From Tortispora ganteri (taxonomy: Eukaryota), in NCBI GenBank assembly GCA_003707115.1, contig PPNB01000004.1, forward strand, positions 248,001 to 312,000: a stretch of 64,000 nt of DNA, given 5' to 3'. The first letter of the stretch is position 1. Every line of letters begins with the position of its first letter. The notes beneath the pieces are model-generated. The model searched no databases. It saw nothing but the letters and a program-made list of their open reading frames with translations, and was not told where the DNA came from. A program made the position numbers and the translations under genes. Of the stretch, positions 32,894-41,749 are shown one piece after another.

Positions 32894-33826
32894 ATGGCAT
32901 TTGGATCTAGAGGTGGCCGTGGAGGCGGTGGACGAGGTGGCCGTGGAGGCGGCGGTGGTGGCCGTGGCCGATTTGGTGGTGGTCGCGGCGGATTCAGAGG
33001 CGGTCGTGGCGGTGGCCCCGGCGGCGGTCGCGGTGGTCGCGGTGGTGCTCGTGGAGGCAGAGGAGGCCGTGGAGGAGCTGCAGGAGGTGGTGCTCGTGGA
33101 GGAGCTAAAGTCATCATCGAACCACACCGTCATGCTGGTGTTTTTATTGCGCGCGGTAAAGAGGACATGCTTGTTACGAAGAATATGGCCCCCGGTGAGA
33201 GTGTGTATGGAGAAAAACGGATTGCTGTAGAGGTACCAGGCAAAGACAGCGACACCCCGGCCACTAAAGTAGAATATCGTGTATGGAATCCATTCCGATC
33301 TAAACTGGCTGCAGGTATCCTAGGAGGATTAGATGACATTTATATTGCACCAGGAAAGAAAGTTCTATATTTGGGTGCCGCTAGCGGCACATCAGTTTCA
33401 CATGTCAGTGATGTTGTTGGCCCTGAAGGAATTGTTTATGCTGTTGAATTTTCTCATCGATCAGGCCGTGATTTGATTTCAATGGCAAAGAAGAGACCCA
33501 ATGTTATTCCAATTATAGAGGATGCTCGCTATCCTCAAAAATATAGAATGCTTGTTGGAATGGTTGACGTTGTGTTTGCTGACGTTGCTCAACCTGATCA
33601 AGCCAGAATCATTGCATTGAATTCCCATATGTTCCTAAAGGACAGAGGTCATGTTGTCATTTCGATTAAGGCCAACTGTATTGATTCTACGGTTCCTGCG
33701 GAAACAGTGTTTGCCCGGGAAGTTCAAAAAATGAGAGATGAAAGAATAAAGCCTCTTGAACAATTAACTCTAGAACCTTACGAGAGAGATCATTGTATTG
33801 TCGTTGGTGAATATCGAAGAAGCTAA
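32894..33826 (+). CDS. NOP1: Fibrillarin (rRNA 2'-O-methyltransferase)
   Basis: N-terminal RGG/GAR domain; '[14 protein letters not shown]', '[17 protein letters not shown]', '[10 protein letters not shown]'. Confidence 0.98.
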   Translation: MAFGSRGGRGGGGRGGRGGGGGGRGRFGGGRGGFRGGRGGGPGGGRGGRGGARGGRGGRGGAAGGGARGGAKVIIEPHRHAGVFIARGKEDMLVTKNMAPGESVYGEKRIAVEVPGKDSDTPATKVEYRVWNPFRSKLAAGILGGLDDIYIAPGKKVLYLGAASGTSVSHVSDVVGPEGIVYAVEFSHRSGRDLISMAKKRPNVIPIIEDARYPQKYRMLVGMVDVVFADVAQPDQARIIALNSHMFLKDRGHVVISIKANCIDSTVPAETVFAREVQKMRDERIKPLEQLTLEPYERDHCIVVGEYRRS

Positions 33827-34051
33827 TAACACTCAATGTTGCAATTATTACTTATATTTTATGTGGACTTCATATTCGTAAAGGTTTCCTTCTTGTTGAA
33901 AGAAATTACTATAGTAGTTAAATTAGGATCCTCAATTGACTCTTCTATTTCACTTTAAGAATAAGGTTTTTTGCCATTTATACAATATATTTTTCAGCCG
34001 AACACCACCGTAACCGGGTCTTGCACTACTTCCAATAACCTCTGACTTAAT

Positions 34052-34882
34052 ATGAAATCACAATTGTTACTTGCCACGTTCACTGCTGCATCATTCCACT
34101 GCGATGTGGTTGTCGATGGAATTAAATTTGACTTAACACCCCTTAAAGGTCCACATTCGATATCTGTAACAGAAGTATTACCGCCTAGCGTACGTAATCT
34201 CACCTGGACAATCAACCCTTGTGGACCTTTACAGAAATCTAGCGACATTCCTTCTAACGATCAGTGTCCATCGGGAACTCAGGTTTGTGGCATTGAAACT
34301 ATAACCGTTGGTGATTCTAAATTTGTGTCGCAGATCATTCCTGTGGCGGGTGATATTGGAGGATCTACGGTCGATGCAGGTTTATCGGTGCTCGAAGGTG
34401 ACCCGGGCGGTTTGCGGGTGGTTTTACACGGCGGTCGATGGGGCGAGAAGCGAGATCTTCAAGCCGAAATTGATTTCATTTGCTCAAAAGAAGAAGACAG
34501 CCCGATCACTCTCAAGGGATGGGATTCTACTACCTTGAGCCTCTTATGGAAAACCCCTTACGCATGTGCTTCAAAAGATCGTCCGTCTAAAGGCGGAAAC
34601 GGTAAGACTGGTGATAACCCACCGCAACATTCAACCCCTGATAAATCGGGTGATTCATGGGGTTGGTTTACTTGGCTATTCATTATACTAGTCTTGATTT
34701 TTGCCGCCTATATAATTGTTGGCAGTTGGATTAATTATAGCAGATATGGATCAACGGGCGTTGACATGATCCCACATTCTGACACTTTCCGCGACATCCC
34801 TTATCTTGTTAAGGATTTTGCATCTAAAATATCTACTACACTTTCTAGTTCAGGTAGTCGCGGTGGATACAGTGCAGTTTAA
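34052..34882 (+). CDS. ATG27: Autophagy protein Atg27 (MRH domain, type I membrane)
   Basis: Signal peptide, Cys-containing MRH domain ('INPC', 'QCPSGTQVCG', 'WKTPYAC'), TM 'WGWFTWLFII', C-terminal 'RGGYSAV'. Confidence 0.88.
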   Translation: MKSQLLLATFTAASFHCDVVVDGIKFDLTPLKGPHSISVTEVLPPSVRNLTWTINPCGPLQKSSDIPSNDQCPSGTQVCGIETITVGDSKFVSQIIPVAGDIGGSTVDAGLSVLEGDPGGLRVVLHGGRWGEKRDLQAEIDFICSKEEDSPITLKGWDSTTLSLLWKTPYACASKDRPSKGGNGKTGDNPPQHSTPDKSGDSWGWFTWLFIILVLIFAAYIIVGSWINYSRYGSTGVDMIPHSDTFRDIPYLVKDFASKISTTLSSSGSRGGYSAV

Positions 34883-35079
34883 TTGATGTTATTAATTCTA
34901 TCCCTGCTATTACGCCTATCTTGCTCTTTTACTATGTTGTTCTGTTTTTTTGCCAGTCCGCTAACTACTCCAACCTCTCAACTCTATGGTATTAGGTGCA
35001 CTCTTTCCACACCCACCCTCTTTACCCAGCAACTACCCCTCTAGTCCAACCAACCCTTTACATTCTCATAGCCTTCATA

Positions 35080-36084
35080 ATGCTAAATACAAAATTAATT
35101 ACTTCTCGTAGATTATTGCTCAGGTCTTTTGCCACTCATATCCCTGATGGCGCTGTTTTCCGCCCCGTTAATCTGGATGGCGATACTCTTGCCTCATCCA
35201 TTTCTCGAAACGCTGAACAAGCCTCAAAAATGGCCGATACGTTTTCTAGGCCAGAATCTGTTAAGGGAGATAAGACAAATAACCAAATACCCGCTCCTAA
35301 GCGCTTTTGGAAAAATGCCAAAGCTCGCGCAGACGAACACAATATTCATATAGAGCTGGATGGCCGACCTTTAAGAACTCCCTTAGGCCAGAAGCTCCTG
35401 TTGCCACTGACAAAACCCACTTTGGGTGCCCTTATAGCCCAGGAATGGGACAGTTTGGTTTCCTTGAAGGTCAAACCACATGCTTTGCCACTTACCGGAT
35501 TAGCATCACGAGCAATCGATCTTGAAGAATCCGCTAAAAAGTATGACCCTCAACGCGAGATCAATTTAAGCGACGGAATGGATCGCGCCGCTGTTTCACG
35601 TACACTCATTCCGTACCTTGATACAGACACTCTACTGGTTTTTGCACCAAAGGAAGAGTATTATGGGAAGCTGAGGCAGGCTCAAGAGGAACAATACAGA
35701 CCGGTTATTCAGTGGTTTGAAGAAAAGTTCACTGATAATGACAAATTAGTATGGCTGGATGGTGATAATGGAATCCTTGGAGGATCTCAAAGCGCTAAAG
35801 TTACTAAACTGGCGCTCAAGTATCTTGATTCGCTCGATTTCTGGCAGTTCGCTGCTTTTGAAAGAACAGTCCTCTCTGCCAGAAGTTTCATTGCCGGTGC
35901 TTTACTTGTTGAAGGCGAAATGGAATCTAGAGATATCGCTACACTCGTGTCTCTAGAAAACGAGTTTCAAACTAAACGTTGGGGGCATATTGAAGAGCAT
36001 CATGATGTTGAATGGGCTAACCTTCGACGTCAATTGGCATCAGCCGCAGTACTTCTTGCTAATGAATCTAAGGTCTACTTGTAA
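35080..36084 (+). CDS. ATP12: F1-ATPase assembly chaperone Atp12
   Basis: 'KRFWK', 'LDGRPLRTP', 'LPLTGLASRAID', 'YLDTDTLL', 'QTKRWG..E..HDV'. Start at the ATG at 35080. Confidence 0.93.
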   Translation: MLNTKLITSRRLLLRSFATHIPDGAVFRPVNLDGDTLASSISRNAEQASKMADTFSRPESVKGDKTNNQIPAPKRFWKNAKARADEHNIHIELDGRPLRTPLGQKLLLPLTKPTLGALIAQEWDSLVSLKVKPHALPLTGLASRAIDLEESAKKYDPQREINLSDGMDRAAVSRTLIPYLDTDTLLVFAPKEEYYGKLRQAQEEQYRPVIQWFEEKFTDNDKLVWLDGDNGILGGSQSAKVTKLALKYLDSLDFWQFAAFERTVLSARSFIAGALLVEGEMESRDIATLVSLENEFQTKRWGHIEEHHDVEWANLRRQLASAAVLLANESKVYL

Positions 36085-36178
36085 TGCACACCATTACTCT
36101 TGTATATATTTTAAATCTCAGATGTCATATAATATTCTATAATGAATAAATAAAAGATGATTAAGAATAGTATCAAGT

Positions 36179-39100
36179 TCACATTTCTTGTATAGTGTCC
36201 AATTTAGGCTCTTTTTCTTCCTTGAATTGAATTAGATATACAGGTTCCATGCTTGAAGGATTCACTGCCAATCTGTTAAGATCCAAAATAACTGTACGCT
36301 TATTCATTTCCGCTTGTACAGATTCGTTAACAAGACGATCAACAGCGATATCTCCAGAATACTTTTTCATAACCAGTCTTCTTTCGTTTGGGCGCTCCGT
36401 CCTAAAGATCGAAAGCTTCACGTTTCCTGCATCTGTCCACTGCTGACTAGCAGGTATATTCTGCTGACCAAACTCTGATTGTTTCTTCACCAACAGCAGA
36501 CATTTCCAGTCAATCACGCTACTTGGAATAGGAGATTGCGCTTCAATTGGGGAGTGTAATGCCATCGCTTTAAGAGGGGAGTTAGGAGATCGTGCATCGG
36601 ATAAAGGTGACGAAGTCAACGAGGATGCCGATTTGGTGGACACAAGAGACGACTTGGAAGAAAGAGAATTGAGAGTTCCAGCGAGGCATCCTCTAATACA
36701 TGCTGCCAATGCATAAAACAATTGATCAGCTTCTGCTCGTGTTCTGAATCTGAACATCATAACAGTTGCTTCCTCCCCACGTTGTCCTTTCTGCCTTACG
36801 TGAACGTCAACCGCTGTTCCTTTCCTTGCGCTAGTATTTGGAGTTATTTTCAACGTCTGAATTGGTCCGTCAATTAGCTGCTGTAATGAGTATTCATTAC
36901 CTGCTCCTCTTTCTTGTGATGGTGTTGGCCATACTTCGACGCTCGAGCCATTCATTTCAAGCGAAATCTCAACACGAGTGTAGTATGCTTTGGTAGTTGG
37001 ATCCACTAACATGTCCCACTTATTATTCTTCCATAAAGAAACCACTGCCATCGTTTGGAAATAAACAGAGCTTGGTCCCTTGCTCGTGGTTGACTTTTGT
37101 GTAGAAGTAATAGATGCTCCACTCGCGTCAAATCTCACAGCAGATGGAGTCGCGGGTAAATTCTCTGATGAAGCACGTAGTCTATCAGGACTGGTCTCAG
37201 AAGCTTTCTCGCGCTTCGGTGTAGCATCTGGTGTAGGGAGTTGTGCTTTAGCTGTATCAACAGTAAGAGATTTTCGCTGCTTAGACTGTTTCGCAGCCGC
37301 TGGTTGTATCGGGCTCATCTTTTCCGTGAGAGAAACCTCGACATCATTCGAAATATCACTAGACTCGAAAGAAGATAATTTCTCCGTCGACCCACCTTTG
37401 GATAAAAATCGCTTCAGAATTCTCGAAGTGCGCTTACCAGATAGAAAAGAGCTAGCAGGGCGTGGCGATGCAGTAGCTGATTGTTTAGCATTCTGAAATC
37501 CAGCAAATGACATCCTTTTTTCGACGGAAGGTTTTGACGAGCTTTCTGCAATTATACTGGAGTTCGACAATGAGCGATGAGAGTCAAACACTTCATTAAC
37601 GGGGAGAATTGACGGTATATCTCTACTGGGCATATCCAATTCCGGTTTATTTTCAGCTGACTTTTCAAATAACAATTCCGTGGAGAGTCTTGCTGCAGCC
37701 ATATCTTGTAAACTTTCTTCAAAGTCCTCGTGAGCTATCTCTGCTTCTTCAACCTCAACTGAAGAATGCCTGCGATGGCTGTTGAGCCGGTAACTCGGGC
37801 TTCTTCGGTGCCCATTAGCATAAGAGGGGCCGATAGTCGTTCCAAATCCAGCATTGACTGTAGTTGGGGTAAGCACAACAGCTGTTCCTTGTTCAACAAC
37901 AAGATCAGAAACATTCTCAAAGTCTAATAAACTGCTCAGTGAAGTATCTTTCCTAGGACCTAAACTTTCCTTACTCTTTAACGGTGTTTCAATTGTTTGT
38001 TGTAACACAGCACAATCCTTAGGAGGGGGAATGGGTTTGATGCTCTCTAATTCGGTCAAACTAGCGTCCATAAAATTGTCCGGCTTTTCGGGGGTATGTT
38101 CAGGCGTTGGAATTCCATGCTGTGGCACTGGCGGTATGGTAGATAGTACTTTAGATTTGCGACCAATGAATGAAAGCCTATTCTTCTTAGTGGATGTTCC
38201 CGCCGCAGTCTTGGATCTGACTGGAGTAGATTCAACATTGGCTTTGGACAGTCTGTTGGCTTTGGTGGTATTGTTACGCGATAAAAATCCAGGAGGGAAC
38301 ATGGACAAGCGAACCGACGTCCTCGATGAGATTGGTTTCGTATTTTGGACAGTCTGTGGCGAGAGCATTGACTGTTCTGGAGTCTCTGGACATAGCGCTT
38401 TCTGCTTGTGCAAATAATTCAATCGGTCAGTGGCAGATGGTTTCTTCGGCGAATCTAGACTCCTGTCAGAAACACTGCCATGTAAACTAGGTTCTTGTGC
38501 AACAGGCAAACCACTATCGTTGACAACATCCACAACCTTTGTGGTAGATGTAGGAGGCAATAGCATGCTCTTCTTGGCTTGGTTAGCAGCTGGAGGGCTT
38601 TCAGGCAGCAGGTTAGGAATAGTAGGCGTGCCTATTAAAGAAAGATGAGATCTCTTCCGGGTAGATTCATCTTCCTCGTTCATGGAAGATATATTAGCAG
38701 CAGGGACTGAATAAGGTCTTTCATAAGAATCTGAAACCTTTGCTTTCGGCGCTATAATACCTAACCCTTCGTAAAGAGTGTGCTCCATAACCGGGGACTG
38801 CAAAGGTTTCTGCTCAGGTGCAGCTGCAGGGATAGTATCTGGAGTACAGCTATCAATCTCGTCAATGACAGCGGACAGTTCATTTTCGATAGTTTTCTGT
38901 GTAACAGGAGCGATAACAAGCTCATTATCGGAATTGATAGAACCCGAAGCAGACCTGATTGTTTTAAGGGGTTTGATATTGGCACAGCCAAATAAGCCGA
39001 CTAGAAGAGCGCGCCAATAGTTATACTGGTTTATGTCTTCGCATGTGGTAATAAAATGAGAACCAGATGACGTTGACAGAATTATTGTGTCCGAATCATT

Positions 39101-39958
39101 TGGATCGACGTATAGGTCATTGGTAGTAAAAACAGGGAATAGCAAAGAAGGAACTCCAGAAGGCAGTATTTCACAAATAGCTAAAGCAGAGCGGCGATCA
39201 TCTTCGTCGATAGCTGATTTAAACTCTAGCTGCTGATTCAGGAAAAAAAACTTGGTTTCTTTAGCAGGCCAAGACACTCCATTGGCAAATATAAAGGAAG
39301 TATTAAATATAGCCGTTTCAACGACATCTGATAGTTCAAATGAGCCCCTCGAAGGTTTAGTAGTGATAGGAGAGATTACTTTTGTAAATATTATAGTATC
39401 TCTCAGTATAGCTGACCTTGAGCGCTCATAGTACAGGCGAGACTTAATAACTAGCTTACGAAAAGCGATTGCGGCGAGTGCAAGGTCTGGATGATCCGAG
39501 TGACTTTCAAGTAACTTTTTATACACCTTCGATAGTACGGCAATACGTACCAAAGGTCGTTTAGCCAAGTACAATTGCCTAGCAGAGGCATCAGGCAAAT
39601 ATTGATAGCTTTCTGCATATGTCTCATAGACTTTTACAGCCTTCATACCCCACTGTACAAACTGATCGACAGATTCTGTATGAGTAGAATCTTGATGAAG
39701 GAGACGAATTTGGTTCACTATTGGAGATGAAGTGAGCTCGAGCAGTTCTCTTCGGTATTCCTTCTCTGAGCGTCTGAACTGAGTTAAAAGCTTTTCTGGC
39801 GCGATATAAAAAGATTCTGTATCGCTGCGCGAAGACAGGAGTTTCAAGAGATCCTTGAAATCAGGCTGCGATTGACCCATCTCAGAAGAGGTAGAGCGAG
39901 AAATCTTTAGTGGCGCTATCTCGTCAGTAAGCAGAATTGAGCTTCTTATTTCCGTCAT
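36179..39958 (-). CDS. Large fungal protein with N-terminal DH-like/PH-like region, Ser/Pro-rich middle and C-terminal PH-like domain(s)
   Basis: 1259-aa ORF. 'YLAKRPLVRI', 'SLLFP', 'VSLWKNNKW', 'KGTAVDVHVR' and 'MMFRFRT..EADQLF' recall a conserved uncharacterised ascomycete family. Confidence 0.55.
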   Translation of the reverse strand: MTEIRSSILLTDEIAPLKISRSTSSEMGQSQPDFKDLLKLLSSRSDTESFYIAPEKLLTQFRRSEKEYRRELLELTSSPIVNQIRLLHQDSTHTESVDQFVQWGMKAVKVYETYAESYQYLPDASARQLYLAKRPLVRIAVLSKVYKKLLESHSDHPDLALAAIAFRKLVIKSRLYYERSRSAILRDTIIFTKVISPITTKPSRGSFELSDVVETAIFNTSFIFANGVSWPAKETKFFFLNQQLEFKSAIDEDDRRSALAICEILPSGVPSLLFPVFTTNDLYVDPNDSDTIILSTSSGSHFITTCEDINQYNYWRALLVGLFGCANIKPLKTIRSASGSINSDNELVIAPVTQKTIENELSAVIDEIDSCTPDTIPAAAPEQKPLQSPVMEHTLYEGLGIIAPKAKVSDSYERPYSVPAANISSMNEEDESTRKRSHLSLIGTPTIPNLLPESPPAANQAKKSMLLPPTSTTKVVDVVNDSGLPVAQEPSLHGSVSDRSLDSPKKPSATDRLNYLHKQKALCPETPEQSMLSPQTVQNTKPISSRTSVRLSMFPPGFLSRNNTTKANRLSKANVESTPVRSKTAAGTSTKKNRLSFIGRKSKVLSTIPPVPQHGIPTPEHTPEKPDNFMDASLTELESIKPIPPPKDCAVLQQTIETPLKSKESLGPRKDTSLSSLLDFENVSDLVVEQGTAVVLTPTTVNAGFGTTIGPSYANGHRRSPSYRLNSHRRHSSVEVEEAEIAHEDFEESLQDMAAARLSTELLFEKSAENKPELDMPSRDIPSILPVNEVFDSHRSLSNSSIIAESSSKPSVEKRMSFAGFQNAKQSATASPRPASSFLSGKRTSRILKRFLSKGGSTEKLSSFESSDISNDVEVSLTEKMSPIQPAAAKQSKQRKSLTVDTAKAQLPTPDATPKREKASETSPDRLRASSENLPATPSAVRFDASGASITSTQKSTTSKGPSSVYFQTMAVVSLWKNNKWDMLVDPTTKAYYTRVEISLEMNGSSVEVWPTPSQERGAGNEYSLQQLIDGPIQTLKITPNTSARKGTAVDVHVRQKGQRGEEATVMMFRFRTRAEADQLFYALAACIRGCLAGTLNSLSSKSSLVSTKSASSLTSSPLSDARSPNSPLKAMALHSPIEAQSPIPSSVIDWKCLLLVKKQSEFGQQNIPASQQWTDAGNVKLSIFRTERPNERRLVMKKYSGDIAVDRLVNESVQAEMNKRTVILDLNRLAVNPSSMEPVYLIQFKEEKEPKLDTIQEM

Positions 39959-40655
39959 ATTAATATAAAAGAGTCACAGAATGTGCGCGTTATAAAAAGA
40001 GTGTAATGGTTGTTTCGTTCGCTGAAAAGGGGAAGACTGAACGAATAATACAGGGGGTTTTAAGGCGTAAAAAGGGGGGAACTTGAGTACCAGTATCAAA
40101 CAACTACCTAAGGAAGGAAGGTAACGTACTCTGTAACGAGTGTAAGTAACAATGTATAGATATGTAGATGAAATAATATAGAGGGAGTGAAAGAAGAAGT
40201 TAAGGGGTAAAAGAAAGAGTGACCAAGATAAAGGAATATGCCGAGTGCTTTTTTAATGTTGGCGCAGGGCGATGCAGGGATGGAAGTTTAATTATAACGC
40301 GTAGCGTGCTTCACGAATCTCATTTGTGGGATGATAACCTTAACTTACACGTTCTGACCAATTATAGTATTTCATCTTAAGTCATTGGAACCTAGATTCA
40401 AGCAAATCAATCTGGAGTAAATATATCAAGTATAAATTGTAGCTTTACTATAAATTTCAAATATATAGCATATGACAAACAAGCAGATATTCAGTCTCAC
40501 CGCACTAATGATGTTAAGTTAAATTAGTATTGGGGAGGGAGGGGATGTATTGACTAATTTCTATCCACACATATGGTCAAACTGATCAATTGTGCTAATC
40601 GATCGACCCTCTATGCTTCATGGTACAGTCGAGCCATTCAGGCATAGAAGACCAG

Positions 40656-41033
40656 TTATACACCAAACTTCATTTCGAGCTCTAGAAATTCTGCTATTTC
40701 TGAGTGCTCTCTAGCCAGTTTTGTGTGAATCATAGCTTCCAATTGTTTACTTCTAGGTCTGATGGTTATATCTGCGACACTCGCTTTAGATTCAGGCAAA
40801 TTGTACAATCTTGATGGAGTGACAAACTTCCGAATCGGCGATTGAATATTTGTTGTGTTATCGCGTTCACTTAGAGGAAACCATGACCGCAAGACTGTCG
40901 GGCTTAGAGATATGTTTCCAGGAGAATCAAGCATTGCGTGTTTCATTCGCGGGTGTAATTTGGGGGTCAGTACATAGTCATTCATTGAAACATCACTTAT
41001 ATCCTCAAAATGAGGCTCATATGAGTGATTCAT
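40656..41033 (-). CDS. Orphan 125-aa protein rich in S/T-P sites
   Basis: ATG-initiated ORF filling an intergenic gap. Five S/T-P sites, including full CDK consensus SPIR and TPSR; predicted C-terminal helix. Confidence 0.6.
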   Translation of the reverse strand: MNHSYEPHFEDISDVSMNDYVLTPKLHPRMKHAMLDSPGNISLSPTVLRSWFPLSERDNTTNIQSPIRKFVTPSRLYNLPESKASVADITIRPRSKQLEAMIHTKLAREHSEIAEFLELEMKFGV

Positions 41034-41117
41034 GATTGGTTTCTTTTACATATATCTTCTAAGATAGTCTATGTAAAGGTCATGTTTGGTCTGGGAAGCG
41101 TCAATCCCAGTATGTAG

Positions 41118-41144
41118 TATCCCAATATGGAAACCAATAAACAA
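41118..41144 (+). promoter_or_regulatory. Composite Mcm1 (MADS) + forkhead element (CLB2-cluster type)
   Basis: tatCCCAATATGGAAAccaATAAACAA matches CC-N6-GGWAA-NNN-RTAAAYAA in both sequence and spacing. Confidence 0.7.
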
Positions 41145-41258
41145 CATTATCTGTGCTTTCTCTACCCAATAACGAACACCCTCACAACAGCTACCACACC
41201 AACCCTCTGATTTTATCATACATACCCTCCACCTTCTCCTACTTAATCAGTATATGAA

Positions 41259-41639
41259 ATGTCTAAATTTACATTATACGTTGACAAAGAACCGTATGTG
41301 CCTACACGCGCTACAATTATGCATTTAGAACCTGATTATGATAAAGAAAACATACCACCCGCTGGCTTTGTATCAACTTCACCTAAGAAGCACTTTCAAG
41401 CACCTTCCAAATCTAGAAAACCTCTTGCACAATTATACCACCACATAGAACTACCTGAAGAGGAATTGTACGATTGTCCTGAGGCTGATCATTTGATTGT
41501 CAAGTCTGAGCTGCTCAAAAAATCAGAGAATACTACAATTAATTCCTCAACGACTTCACGACGCGATGGCGCTCTAAAAACACCGGCTATATCGAGAAAA
41601 AGACAACTACCCTCAGCACGCCCTATTCTAATGCGATAA
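41259..41639 (+). CDS. APC/C pseudosubstrate-inhibitor-like protein (Acm1/Mes1-like)
   Basis: ABBA-like FTLYVD, KEN box DKENIPP, D-box RKPLAQL and C-terminal MR tail in 126 aa. Confidence 0.7.
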   Translation: MSKFTLYVDKEPYVPTRATIMHLEPDYDKENIPPAGFVSTSPKKHFQAPSKSRKPLAQLYHHIELPEEELYDCPEADHLIVKSELLKKSENTTINSSTTSRRDGALKTPAISRKRQLPSARPILMR

Positions 41640-41749
41640 TTATAGGCAATATTTATGTCTCTTAACGAGCTTGTATTTAATGCTGGTTATATTATACATT
41701 TTATTTCCCCTTTAATATCATGTGTAACTCCGTATCATAAATCATCTAA

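Noticed and set aside
32887..33230. Pro/Arg-, Ala/Thr- and Val/Ala-rich ORFs in alternative frames
   Set aside because: Shadows of the GC-rich GAR (RGG) repeat of NOP1.
37080..39020. Several long plus-strand ORFs (up to 187 aa)
   Set aside because: Antisense shadows of the Ser/Pro-rich 1259-aa gene; non-ATG starts and no motifs.
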